Shown here one piece after another: positions 17,672-26,860 of a stretch of 64,000 nucleotides of DNA (position 1 is its first letter; each line of letters starts with the position of its first letter). Under the pieces are notes generated by a model. It searched no databases. It saw only the letters and a program-made list of their open reading frames with translations, and had not been told where the DNA came from. The DNA lies in the IMG/VR virus record IMGVR_UViG_3300031344_000005, positions 1 to 64,000 of that record; one strand, given 5' to 3'. The stretch is from a virus. The position numbers and the translations under genes are program-made.

Positions 17672-18963
17672 CCCCGCAGGTGGTAATAGATCCCGTTCTC
17701 AGGCGTCTCGCCGGGCGGGAAGTCTTGCCGAATCGTCACTGCTCCCGCCTTCGTCGCCGAGAACATCGAGTAGTCCCGGAACGCCCGCCCCAGCATCTTG
17801 CGGGTGAGCGCCGGCTCCGCGTCCAGGAAGCCCTTGCCCGAATTGAGGTGTAGCAGGGATGTGAAGTAATCCTCGTAGGCAGCGCCGACGCGCTCGAAGC
17901 TGTTGTTCTTCTCGACCCACTGGCGGCAGACAAACGGATCGATCGGTGGCACGCCGTCCGTCTGTCCCAACAGGTTTCGCGCCGCCCAAACCGACTCCTC
18001 AAACGTACTGACCCGCCAGCCGGTGTAGCCGTGAGCCACGGTGTCGGTGTAGCCACCAAAGTCTGTCGAGATGACGGGGCAGCCAGACGCCGCGGCCTCA
18101 AGCGCGACCGCGCCAAGCGGTTCGACGTAGCGGCTTAGGCTGAACAGGCCCTTCGCTTTCTGCATGAGTTCGCGGCGGACCTTCGCCGACGTCATGCCGA
18201 TGTACCTCGCGCCCGCTGGCCACTCAGCGACGAAGCTGCTGGCGTCACCGCGTCCTGTGAGGAAGATGGGGGTCTTGAGTTCGCGAGCAACTTGGATCGC
18301 CCAGCGGACGCCCTTGGGCTCCAGCATGCGGGTCTGAACCAGAAAGTAGTTCAGCTTCTCGGCCGTCGGCAGCGCTGGGCCGAACAGGTCGAAGTTGAGC
18401 GGTAGCGGTATCACTTGGTGCCACCACTTGTCTCCTCCGAAGTTCTTGTCAAACCCTTCGTGGAAATGCCGCCAAGCGTGCGATAGGTACACCCGGAAAG
18501 GCGCATACGCGTACGGCGAACCGATGCCGCATTCGACGACGATTTGAGGCACGTCCTTGGTACAGCCCTGGTGGCCCCACAGGCAAGACACGATGGACGA
18601 GTATGGCGCGCCACCGCGTTCGAGCAGAATTTTGCGGACGTTTGCTTCGTACAGGTCCCACTGCTGGGAGTAGGCGTGCTCGCGGCACAGGATGAAGGGC
18701 GCTTCGGGTTTCTTCCAGCCATAGAGGATCCGCCACCAGTCCTCCGTCATGGCGTCGACGTGTTCGACGCCTTCGGGCGGCCGGCTGCCGGGCATACCGA
18801 TGTGGATAACCTCATGGGACGGCTTGCCGTCGGCGTCGCGGCGGTCGGCCATCATCTTGGCGAAGTACCAAACCTGCTCAGTGAATGGACACAGGTTGAC
18901 CAGGTCCTCGTCGCGTGGGTCCGTGGTCTGAGTATGTGGGAAACCCACACAGATGATCCTCAA
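17668..18963 (-). CDS. Glycosyltransferase family 4 (GT-B)
   Basis: R..PKG, EPLGAVALEAAASGCPVISTDFGG..DTV.HG.TG; TTG start after GGAGG. Confidence 0.88.
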   Translation of the reverse strand: MRIICVGFPHTQTTDPRDEDLVNLCPFTEQVWYFAKMMADRRDADGKPSHEVIHIGMPGSRPPEGVEHVDAMTEDWWRILYGWKKPEAPFILCREHAYSQQWDLYEANVRKILLERGGAPYSSIVSCLWGHQGCTKDVPQIVVECGIGSPYAYAPFRVYLSHAWRHFHEGFDKNFGGDKWWHQVIPLPLNFDLFGPALPTAEKLNYFLVQTRMLEPKGVRWAIQVARELKTPIFLTGRGDASSFVAEWPAGARYIGMTSAKVRRELMQKAKGLFSLSRYVEPLGAVALEAAASGCPVISTDFGGYTDTVAHGYTGWRVSTFEESVWAARNLLGQTDGVPPIDPFVCRQWVEKNNSFERVGAAYEDYFTSLLHLNSGKGFLDAEPALTRKMLGRAFRDYSMFSATKAGAVTIRQDFPPGETPENGIYYHLRG

Positions 18964-19637
18964 GATTGCACCTCCAATTCCACGTGTTTCCACGTCTTGC
19001 GAGCGAGGATGTCGTAGATATTTCTAACACACACGCCGAAGTCGGCGGCAAGTTGAGGCACGGTCCATCCTTGGGCGCGAAGCTGAAAGACGGAGCGCAC
19101 CTTCTCATCAGTCAGTTTGGATCTACTGTGCCCTTCTCCACGTGGGCGAGATTCCGGATGCAAGCGTGAGCCGCTGTGTTCACCACGCGCCATTCGCTCT
19201 GGGTGCAAGTGGGACCAATGCGCATCGCCGCGCGCTACACGTTCCGGGTGCCTATGTGACCAGTGCTCGTCGCCATAAGAATGTGGCGGATCACTTTGTC
19301 TGCCCTTCGCCATCATGTCCCTGGTATTGTCCTTCATCGTTCCGAGAAACAAGTGCTCATCGGCAACACAGGGCGGATTGTCGCACTTATGGGGGACGTG
19401 CAGGCCATCGGGGATTGGGCCGTGAGCCAACTCCCATGCTACGCGGTGGGCACTTTCCCCACTGCCAGCGCGTCCCAGACGGCTGCTGAGCCTACCGTAC
19501 CCATGATAATCCAGCGCGGCCTGCCATTCTAGGCAAGGCGTTGTCATGCCCGGTCTGATGAAATCGGCAAGCTTGGCCTTCGCGAGGAATCGCTGCTTAA
19601 GTCGGTCGAGTACGAAGATGCGCATGGTTAGCTCCAT
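18960..19637 (-). CDS. HNH homing endonuclease
   Basis: AHRVAWELAHGPIPDGLHV.HKCDNPPCV...HLFLGT..DN; C-terminal HTH. Confidence 0.88.
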   Translation of the reverse strand: MELTMRIFVLDRLKQRFLAKAKLADFIRPGMTTPCLEWQAALDYHGYGRLSSRLGRAGSGESAHRVAWELAHGPIPDGLHVPHKCDNPPCVADEHLFLGTMKDNTRDMMAKGRQSDPPHSYGDEHWSHRHPERVARGDAHWSHLHPERMARGEHSGSRLHPESRPRGEGHSRSKLTDEKVRSVFQLRAQGWTVPQLAADFGVCVRNIYDILARKTWKHVELEVQS

Positions 19638-19844
19638 TCAATGGCTGCCGTCGTAGCCCGGCGGACGCCCCTGCCATGGCGGTGCGGGCGGGAACATTGG
19701 CTCTGGTAGCTTCTCGCCCGGCTCCATCATCCGCACCTCGACCACGTTGTAGTCCAGTTCGACCGCTCGCTGCTGCGCGCGCGCCGGGTCCTCCCATGCC
19801 GAGTCGAGGTGCAGAACGTTGCGGACGATGAAGATGGTTTTCAT
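19638..19844 (-). CDS. Hypothetical protein
   Basis: ATGA-coupled between FkbM and HNH genes. Confidence 0.5.
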   Translation of the reverse strand: MKTIFIVRNVLHLDSAWEDPARAQQRAVELDYNVVEVRMMEPGEKLPEPMFPPAPPWQGRPPGYDGSH

Positions 19845-20557
19845 GGTCTGCACACAATGTCGTAGCCGTCTCTCCCGTCGCTCGGGTTGAACGGCTGTCC
19901 CGTGCGGATGTCCTTGCATTCCGCCGAGTAGCCAAGCCAGCGCAGCTCCGTCTCCAAGTCGCGGATCGTGAAGCCTGAGAGACCTAGTCCCCAGGAATTG
20001 ACTTCGACGACCATGATGGGCCGGCAGCGCAGAATTGTCCCACGCGCGCCTCGCAGGGCCAACACCTCGTGGCCTTCGATGTCCCACTTGATGAGCGCTG
20101 GCGACAGACCGAAGCTGTCGAGTGTCACCACCTCGACCGGCACGTCACCGTCTGCGTCGATGTGGCTGGCCCCGGCGTTTTCCTCACGCTTGATCTTGAG
20201 CGAAGCCACGCGATCTGACAGGCCGCAGTTGTGGAGCACGACGTTCGGCAGGTCCGCACAGTTCTGCCGGAGGCACTCGAAGGGCTCAACTTGCGGCTCG
20301 AAGGCATGCACGGTGCCGGCCTTCGTCGCATAGGACGAGGCGTGGTCTCCAAGGCTGGCGCCTGCGTCGATGACGGTCGATCCTTCCGGTATCAGGTCGA
20401 GCACCAGCGGAATCAGTTTGATCGGTGGGCACGACAGATCTGCGCCGAGACAGTGGTGCTGTTCGATCCATCGCGACAGGTGCGTGTCGTCCTTCAGAAC
20501 TGCGATCGAGCGTTCGCCCGGAAGACCGGGGATGATGCCGGGCGTGTGGATAATCAT
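19841..20557 (-). CDS. FkbM-family SAM methyltransferase
   Basis: VIDAGASLG, VHAFEP, LIKWDIEGHE..ALRGA motifs. Confidence 0.88.
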   Translation of the reverse strand: MIIHTPGIIPGLPGERSIAVLKDDTHLSRWIEQHHCLGADLSCPPIKLIPLVLDLIPEGSTVIDAGASLGDHASSYATKAGTVHAFEPQVEPFECLRQNCADLPNVVLHNCGLSDRVASLKIKREENAGASHIDADGDVPVEVVTLDSFGLSPALIKWDIEGHEVLALRGARGTILRCRPIMVVEVNSWGLGLSGFTIRDLETELRWLGYSAECKDIRTGQPFNPSDGRDGYDIVCRP

Positions 20558-20585
20558 ACTCTGCCCCTCGGATTGGCCAAAGAGA

Positions 20586-20801
20586 TCAAGGTGTCTTCCC
20601 CTGTTGGTCTCTCGCCGCGATCTGATGGGCAAGTAGCAGCGCGGTCCCTCGGTGGATTCGCAATCCGCCCGCTGCGCGTTCGAGGGCCGGCCTGCTCAGA
20701 CCCAAGTGCCGCGCGGCTTGGCATGTGCCCTGTGCTTCGATGAGGGCCTTCAGGCGGGTCTGATGCTCTGGGCTCATCTCGGTGTCGTTCTTTTGCTTCA
20801 T
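20586..20801 (-). CDS. Small HTH protein
   Basis: QAARHLGLSRPALERAAGG; TGCTATGAT upstream. Confidence 0.55.
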   Translation of the reverse strand: MKQKNDTEMSPEHQTRLKALIEAQGTCQAARHLGLSRPALERAAGGLRIHRGTALLLAHQIAARDQQGKTP

Positions 20802-20894
20802 GGTGCTTGCACCATCATAGCAACGAAGTTGGGCCAAAAGTCAAGCTTACATTTTCGTGAGGCACGAATTGTGTTACCTCGGAAGTACACGACC

Positions 20895-21434
20895 ATGACC
20901 AGCCAAGTTGACCCGAAGAAGCTCAAGTCGCTGCTGAACAAGTCACAGACCGAACTCGATCCGCCAGAGGACGAGGGTGGAGGTGGGGATCCCGCCGACA
21001 CTGGAGCGGCCTCGGACGACGGCTCCGACGACGACGAGGAAGAGGGCGGCGAAGAGGAAGAGCAGACGGTCGAGTCGCTGACGGCGTCGCTGAAGGAAGC
21101 CGTTCCAACGATCAACGAGATCATCGACGAGTTCCGCACGGGCAGCGACGCGCAGCCGAAGGCCGGCGTCGAACAACTCGAAGAAGAACTCGATGCCGAG
21201 GCGGTGCACGGGTTCTGTGGCTGGACCGAGGAAGCGGGCAAGAAGGACTTTCGCAAGCTGGGCGAAGCGCTCGACGTGGAAGACGTCGATGGCTTCGTCG
21301 GCTGGTGCCGGGCCGTCCGCAAGATGGAGGAGGAAGACGGCGAGGGCGGGGAGAGCGGCGGCGAGGAAGGGGCGACCGAAGAAGAGCCCGAAGGTGGCGA
21401 GCCCGAAGGCGAAGAGGAACCCGAGGCCGAGTGA
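20895..21434 (+). CDS. Highly acidic hypothetical protein (head region)
   Basis: E/D-rich ORF starting the rightward head operon. Confidence 0.7.
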   Translation: MTSQVDPKKLKSLLNKSQTELDPPEDEGGGGDPADTGAASDDGSDDDEEEGGEEEEQTVESLTASLKEAVPTINEIIDEFRTGSDAQPKAGVEQLEEELDAEAVHGFCGWTEEAGKKDFRKLGEALDVEDVDGFVGWCRAVRKMEEEDGEGGESGGEEGATEEEPEGGEPEGEEEPEAE

Positions 21435-21706
21435 TGCCGGGCAACCTCAAAAACGCCTTGCGCGCAGAGCCCGCTGGCGGGACCGTCAATGTGGATCTGA
21501 CGAGAACGACGCCCAAGGCTGACCCGCGGTTTATGCCCGAGCAGGCGCCCCCGGAATCTGATTCCGCGATGGACGCTCCGGGCCTGACCGTCACTGGGAA
21601 GTCACCCAATGCTCGCATCGCACTACCGGCAAGCCAGAAGCTGCCCAATTTGCCACCGGCCAGGAACCCGAATTTGTTCGAGGCAACCCCGAGGAAGCGA
21701 ACATGA
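21431..21706 (+). CDS. Small Pro-rich protein
   Basis: GTGA coupling. Confidence 0.55.
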   Translation: MMPGNLKNALRAEPAGGTVNVDLTRTTPKADPRFMPEQAPPESDSAMDAPGLTVTGKSPNARIALPASQKLPNLPPARNPNLFEATPRKRT

Positions 21707-21912
21707 GCGAAGCTCTTTCACCAGGTCGACGGCGCGCGCTTGAGCTTGGCCGCAAGTTCGGGACGATTCGCGAAGACAAGCCTCGCACCGCCCCTGACGG
21801 TCTGACCGGCGGGCGGGGAGCCTCCGAGATGGCGAAGGCTGAGAAACCACTACTCGAAGGCGCGAGCGTGAAGCCCGCCGTCGAAAAACCGCTCCCGTTT
21901 CGACGGGGGTAA
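21703..21912 (+). CDS. Small protein with KPLPF motif
   Basis: GAGGA RBS, ATGA coupling. Confidence 0.6.
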   Translation: MSEALSPGRRRALELGRKFGTIREDKPRTAPDGLTGGRGASEMAKAEKPLLEGASVKPAVEKPLPFRRG

Positions 21913-21922
21913 GGAGAACCAG

Positions 21923-22081
21923 ATGAGCGACGAGAGCACCCCTGTCAAAGAGTACGACGCAAAGCACGGTTCCTACAAGCCCAGCGGACTGGAAGTCAAC
22001 ACGGCTTCTTCGGTGCTTCCGGCGAAAGATAAGCCGCTGCCGTTCAAGTCGACGGTTGGCAACACGAACGCCGACAAGTGA
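21923..22081 (+). CDS. 52-aa protein with KPLPF motif
   Basis: TAAGGAG RBS; MSDESTPVKEY...KDKPLPFKSTVGNTNADK. Confidence 0.65.
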   Translation: MSDESTPVKEYDAKHGSYKPSGLEVNTASSVLPAKDKPLPFKSTVGNTNADK

Positions 22082-22119
22082 TCGGCGGCATCAGTCACTG
22101 ATTTGAGGAGAGACATTCC

Positions 22120-22992
22120 ATGGCCATCAACGACACCACGACCCACTCCAGCACAGTTCGCGACGCCTACAACACCGGCATTCTGGGCAAAGAGTCCGAC
22201 GCCAGCCAGAAGGCGCCTCTGGGCGACATCCTCTCGGTGTTGCTCGACGTCGCCAACACGGCCGTCTCGGTTTCGGCCGTCACCGTCGGAACCGCCGTCA
22301 CCCCTACGCTCACGCCGACGGCAACGTCCGGGGCGACTGGGATCATCCCCACGGCAACTGCCGTAGTTACGGTCTCCGCTTCGTCGGTTTCAGTTGCGAC
22401 GGCGGTTTCGACGGCCGCCGTTGCCTACGCATCGCCCGATCAGACGATTCTGGCGAACCTGGCAAACGCCAACTACGTCTCGGTGAACCAGTGCGTGACC
22501 GACATCAAGGCTCTGATCACCAAGGTCAACGCCGCAGTGGTGGACATCAGCGCGACCGATGCCAAGCTGAGTGCGGTTCTGGTGGACCTCAGCGCCGCCA
22601 AGGTCGACAACACCGCACTGGCTGCGCAGGTCAATGCCGCGCTCGTCGACATCAAGTCGCTGCGAGCCTGTATGGCGGCCACCGCCGCCAACGGCACAAT
22701 GGGCGGCTGCACCGAGCCGAGCCTCACCGTGACGAGCTACCTCACCGGGACGCTGACCTACACGCCGTCATCGATCATCAGCATCCACGGCTACGGCACG
22801 ACCCCGGGCGTCCTGAAGCTCATCCGCGATCCGAACCACACGCTCTCGACTGGTGAAGTTTTTTGGGATGGCTATCGCGGTCTGAAGTTCTGCGCCGCCG
22901 ACCTCCTGACCACCTACGACGCCATCTACGCCAAGGCCGACAGCTCGCAGAAGGTGAGTTGCCTCATGGCCTCGATTGCGGACATCGTCTAA
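22120..22992 (+). CDS. Putative head decoration/structural protein
   Basis: GAGGAG RBS; T/A/V-rich with coiled coil; upstream of scaffold. Confidence 0.55.
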   Translation: MAINDTTTHSSTVRDAYNTGILGKESDASQKAPLGDILSVLLDVANTAVSVSAVTVGTAVTPTLTPTATSGATGIIPTATAVVTVSASSVSVATAVSTAAVAYASPDQTILANLANANYVSVNQCVTDIKALITKVNAAVVDISATDAKLSAVLVDLSAAKVDNTALAAQVNAALVDIKSLRACMAATAANGTMGGCTEPSLTVTSYLTGTLTYTPSSIISIHGYGTTPGVLKLIRDPNHTLSTGEVFWDGYRGLKFCAADLLTTYDAIYAKADSSQKVSCLMASIADIV

Positions 22993-23009
22993 CCGACGGA
23001 GTCAGTAGC

Positions 23010-23186
23010 GCCACATGAAACCTTTCAGCGGGACACACGCCAACCTGAGATTCACTCAGGGCGCCTCTGTCCCGCGCAACGTGGCTCGATACCTTGCGTG
23101 CCCGCCCGTTGAAGTCGTCACTCGTGACGACGGCGACGATACAGCCGGTGACCGCGACGTAAACGAGTAGCTCCGAGGAGCGAGTC
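23010..23186 (+). promoter_or_regulatory. Structured leader upstream of scaffold gene
   Basis: Nested stems GCCAC/GTGGC, GCGGGACA/TGTCCCGC, CCTGAG/CTCAGG; GTCGTCAC/GTGACGAC; GCTCC/GGAGC over the RBS. Confidence 0.55.
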
Positions 23187-24041
23187 ATGCCGAACGAAAA
23201 CCAACCCGATCCGAATCAACCGCCAGCCCCAGGAACACCGCCAGTAAGCACTCCGCCCGTCGGAGCCGCACCTCCCGCCCCCCAGGGCAAGAACGTCATG
23301 ATCCCCCAAGCCGCATTTGACAAGCGAGTCGAGCAGGCGAAGAGAAGCGGTCGAACCGCCTACCAAGCCGAACTCGACGCGGCTGCCGTGGCCAAGGGAT
23401 ACGCGAACCACACCGCACTGATGGCCCACGTCGATGGGTTGCTCACTCGACGAGCCGCCGCGCCGAAGTCACCGCAGGCCCAGCCGCAGGGCCAGGCCAG
23501 CGGATCACCTCCTCCCCCGGTCCCGCCCAAGAACCGCAATGACCGCCAGGCCATGCAGCAATTCGAGCGAGACAAGGCGAGGGCGCAGCGCGAGCGAGAA
23601 CAGTCCGAACGACGATTGGCAGACGAGCAGAAGCGACGCCGCAGGGCCGAGCGAGAACGCGATGCCATCGAAGCCCGGTCCAACCTCGAACGCATTGCCG
23701 GCCGGTGTGGCGTCAAGGACGTCGACTACGCGATCCATCTGTACACCCAGCACTGCCAAGGGAAATCCGAGGACGAGCTGAGCAAGATGGACGAAGATAA
23801 ATTCTTCAAGGAGTTGCGGCAAGGACACCCCTACATCTTTGGGGAAACGGTCGTGCCCGCGACGACCGGGACCGTGGGAGCGCCCCCCGGCTCTCATGTA
23901 CCGCCATCGGCCGCGGGAACCGCAGCCGCTGCCGGGCAGGCCGGAACCATCGACGTTACGAAGATGAACAAGGAACAGTACCGCGAGTATAGGCGGAATC
24001 GCGGCTACGACCGACCGCTCCTGACAGGCAGAGCAAGCTGA
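23187..24041 (+). CDS. Capsid scaffolding protein
   Basis: Pro-rich N-terminus, central coiled coil, HPYIF motif, immediately before capsid. Confidence 0.78.
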   Translation: MPNENQPDPNQPPAPGTPPVSTPPVGAAPPAPQGKNVMIPQAAFDKRVEQAKRSGRTAYQAELDAAAVAKGYANHTALMAHVDGLLTRRAAAPKSPQAQPQGQASGSPPPPVPPKNRNDRQAMQQFERDKARAQREREQSERRLADEQKRRRRAERERDAIEARSNLERIAGRCGVKDVDYAIHLYTQHCQGKSEDELSKMDEDKFFKELRQGHPYIFGETVVPATTGTVGAPPGSHVPPSAAGTAAAAGQAGTIDVTKMNKEQYREYRRNRGYDRPLLTGRAS

Positions 24042-24086
24042 AACTGACGGCCAACAGCCGACGAACACCAACGAAAGAGGAAATCC

Positions 24087-25502
24087 ATGGACTTCTCAGT
24101 CATCCAACAGTCGCCCCAGGTCCGAGAACTGGTGCAGCAGAACGTGCTGCAGCGGGAGTTCAAGGACGCCCTGTACCCCCGCAATCTGTTCCGCGGCGAA
24201 GCCGAGCCGGTGGAATGGCCCGCCAACATCGGCGACAGCATGGTGTTCACCGGCCGCGGCCTGATGAAGCCGTCGACCAAGCCCTTGAAGCCCGGTGACG
24301 AGCCGCGGGCGAAGAGCGTCGAGTATGAACAGTGGTCCGCCCAGCTCCATCAGTGGGTCGGCCGCGCCCCGGACATCTCGACTGTGACCGACCTCGTGTC
24401 GATCGCGCGACTGTTCGTGAGCAACGTCCAGGCCCTCGGGTTGGATGCTGGCATGTCGCTCAACCGCATCGTACGCGATCGGTTGTACAACGCCGCGCTG
24501 AGCGGCCAGACGGTCGCGACAGTGACCGCGACTTCGGGCCACACCATCACGGTGGCGCGCTTGAACGGTTTCACGACCGCGCGGCGCCCCGACCTGTCGA
24601 CTGGATCGACGGTCAAGTTCGACACCGTGTCGAGCAACAACCCGCTGATCGCCTACACCAAGCACGCCTCCGGCGCCACGCTGACCCTCACCATCACGGG
24701 CTTCACCCCGACCTACACGGGCGACGAAACCGGGCCAGGCACCCTGACGGTTGCCGAAACCTTGAGCGGGAGCAACGTCACGGCGCGGGATCCGATCTGG
24801 ACCGCTGACGCCAGCTTCATCAACCGCGCGGGCGCTGGCCTGAGCGTCGATGCCGTCACGAGCACGGGCCACGGCTTCACGTTCGACCTGTACCGCAGTT
24901 CGGTGGGCCACATGGCGGACAACAACGTGCCGAAGATGTCTGACGGCTTCTACCACGCGCACTTCAACAACTACTCCAAGGGCCAACTGTTCAGCAGCGA
25001 CGAGAGCCAGCGGCTCTTGACCAGCTTGCCGGACTACTACTGGTACAAGGAGTTCACGATCGGCGAGGTGCTGGGTGGCCTGGTGTTCGAGGACACCGAG
25101 ACCCCGCAGGCGTCGAACGTCCAAGGTGGCACCTCCAACGTGTACGACGGCTCCGACACCGGCGAAGCGTTCGGCGGCGAGATGTACAACTACACCAGCG
25201 ACCTCATCCAACGCCCGATCTTCATCGGCGCCGAAGCGGTCTACGAATACTACCGGCCCCTCGGCGGTCTCGTGACTGAGGCCGGCGTCAACGGGCAGGT
25301 GGGTGAGTTCACCGGCCTGACCAACAACGGCATCGAGGTGAATGTGGATCGCGTGCAGGTCTACCTGCGAGCGCCCGTGAACGTGACGGGCGACATCGTG
25401 ACGTCGGTGTGGAAGAGCGTGATGGATTGGCCCTGCCGAACCGACGTGCTCACCGGCGACAGCGCCAGGTTTAAGCGGTGCGTCGTGGTGGAACATATCT
25501 AG
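24087..25502 (+). CDS. Major capsid protein
   Basis: 471 aa, strong codon bias and RBS, YHAHF/IGEVLGGLVFE pattern, position after scaffold. Confidence 0.85.
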   Translation: MDFSVIQQSPQVRELVQQNVLQREFKDALYPRNLFRGEAEPVEWPANIGDSMVFTGRGLMKPSTKPLKPGDEPRAKSVEYEQWSAQLHQWVGRAPDISTVTDLVSIARLFVSNVQALGLDAGMSLNRIVRDRLYNAALSGQTVATVTATSGHTITVARLNGFTTARRPDLSTGSTVKFDTVSSNNPLIAYTKHASGATLTLTITGFTPTYTGDETGPGTLTVAETLSGSNVTARDPIWTADASFINRAGAGLSVDAVTSTGHGFTFDLYRSSVGHMADNNVPKMSDGFYHAHFNNYSKGQLFSSDESQRLLTSLPDYYWYKEFTIGEVLGGLVFEDTETPQASNVQGGTSNVYDGSDTGEAFGGEMYNYTSDLIQRPIFIGAEAVYEYYRPLGGLVTEAGVNGQVGEFTGLTNNGIEVNVDRVQVYLRAPVNVTGDIVTSVWKSVMDWPCRTDVLTGDSARFKRCVVVEHI

Positions 25503-25510
25503 CGAAACGC

Positions 25511-26030
25511 GCGTCACAGCCTGAGAAGGAAATGTGCTTTTCCCGCGACTATCCCGACACGACGAGCGCACCGGCGCCACGGGATAGTCGCGCCTCAGTT
25601 TTGCCCTTCGGGGCAATTAAAGGGCCTGGAGCTTCGGCTCGTAAACACACGCGGTCGTGTCGCTGTGTTCTGGCCCGCCGGCATGGTGGCGGCGCTTCGG
25701 TGCTTGCCCATACGAACGTGCCGGTTCATGTCCGCGCTGGTCGCCCGATTGTGACGGGATTGCGCTTGCCCGCTTTGGTCAGTGGACATTCGCGCCCATC
25801 TATGACGGCGAACTCAACCGAGCTTTGTGCTCTGGATGAGTTGTTGCGCGGCTATCGGGAGACGCCAACCCTGGCCCTTGGCCATGGAACCGCGTCGCCC
25901 TCTGGCGGCCCCACTTCTAGAGAGTGGTCGGTGGCTTCGGCCATGACTCTGGACTCGCGCTCAAGCAGATCCCATCAGCGTGGGTTAAACGCTGTCACTG
26001 CTAGTGCCTGAGTCCGGTGCCCCGCCTCTT
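25511..26030 (+). ncRNA. Candidate large structured non-coding RNA (~520 nt)
   Basis: Four C(UUCG)G-capped hairpins, 13-bp perfect stem 25544-25556/25580-25592 and many further helices; no credible ORF. Confidence 0.7.
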
Positions 26031-26051
26031 TTTGACCAACAGGAGAATCCG

Positions 26052-26441
26052 ATGAGCCTGATGAGCGACAGAGCAGCAGCGAAGCAAAAGGATGCCAAGC
26101 CGGCGTCAGTGAAAGCTCAGGAACCGCCGGCCGCTCCGGTAGTCTCTCCTCCGCCACCCGTAGATCCGGTGGCAGCCTTCGCCGTGACGGCCGAGGAGTT
26201 CTCTGCCAAGGATGCGCCCATCGAAGCGCTCGACATCGTGGTGCCTCCGCCGGAGGCGCTAGCCCCGAAGGTCGCGCTTGCTCCTACCCGTCGCGTGCGC
26301 GTGCTGGCGGACGGCAAGGTGTTGCTGGGTGCTTGCATGCACAGATTCCGCGCAGGCAACGTTCTGGACGCCAATCAGTACGATAACCACGTGTTCGGCC
26401 AACTCCTGAAGGCCCTCAAGACGGAGCCGATCGAGAACTGA
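26052..26441 (+). CDS. Hypothetical virion-associated protein
   Basis: AGGAG RBS; precedes head-tail genes. Confidence 0.65.
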   Translation: MSLMSDRAAAKQKDAKPASVKAQEPPAAPVVSPPPPVDPVAAFAVTAEEFSAKDAPIEALDIVVPPPEALAPKVALAPTRRVRVLADGKVLLGACMHRFRAGNVLDANQYDNHVFGQLLKALKTEPIEN

Positions 26442-26443
26442 CG

Positions 26444-26860
26444 ATGGCCCTCACGCTTTCAGAGAAGGCCCGTGTCCGCTACCACTTCGGCTATCCGAAT
26501 ACGTCGATGAATGCTTCTCTGTCGATTGGGATCCCGCTGGACACGCAGTTCATGTTTTTGCTGGACCGGGCGATGAACCTGATTCTGCCGGAAGCGGAAG
26601 AGACCGTGCGGATGCTGATCGGACGGCTCGACCAGACTGACGATGCGATCTTCCAATGCCAGCTCCGAATGCAGGTCAGCAAGGTCGACGGAATCGAACT
26701 GCGGGCCGACGAAATGGATGCGCTTGAAAACGCCTACTACGGGCAGGCCACGCGCCTGGCTGACATGCTGCACACGCCGCTGTACCCGTTCTCGGCTCGA
26801 TTCCAGGGCAGGGGCGGGGTGACGAGCGCGCCCCAAACCGGAATGGTCGCGAGGCACTGA
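26444..26860 (+). CDS. Head-tail adaptor/connector
   Basis: MALTLSEKARVRYHFGYP start, size and synteny. Confidence 0.65.
   Translation: MALTLSEKARVRYHFGYPNTSMNASLSIGIPLDTQFMFLLDRAMNLILPEAEETVRMLIGRLDQTDDAIFQCQLRMQVSKVDGIELRADEMDALENAYYGQATRLADMLHTPLYPFSARFQGRGGVTSAPQTGMVARH

Noticed and set aside
20819-20876. Additional sigma54 promoters at the 20.8-kb divergence
   Set aside because: Minus-strand TGGC...TTGC has N12 spacing and plus-strand AGGCACG motif ends in GT rather than GC; a sigma70 extended -10 fits better
25601-25640. Simple rho-independent terminator after the capsid gene
   Set aside because: The UUCG hairpins lack a following U tract and sit inside a much larger paired region
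25478-26011. 177-aa ORF and smaller ORFs across the post-capsid gap
   Set aside because: Overlaps capsid end, lacks the codon bias of neighbours and any motif; dense hairpins explain the region better
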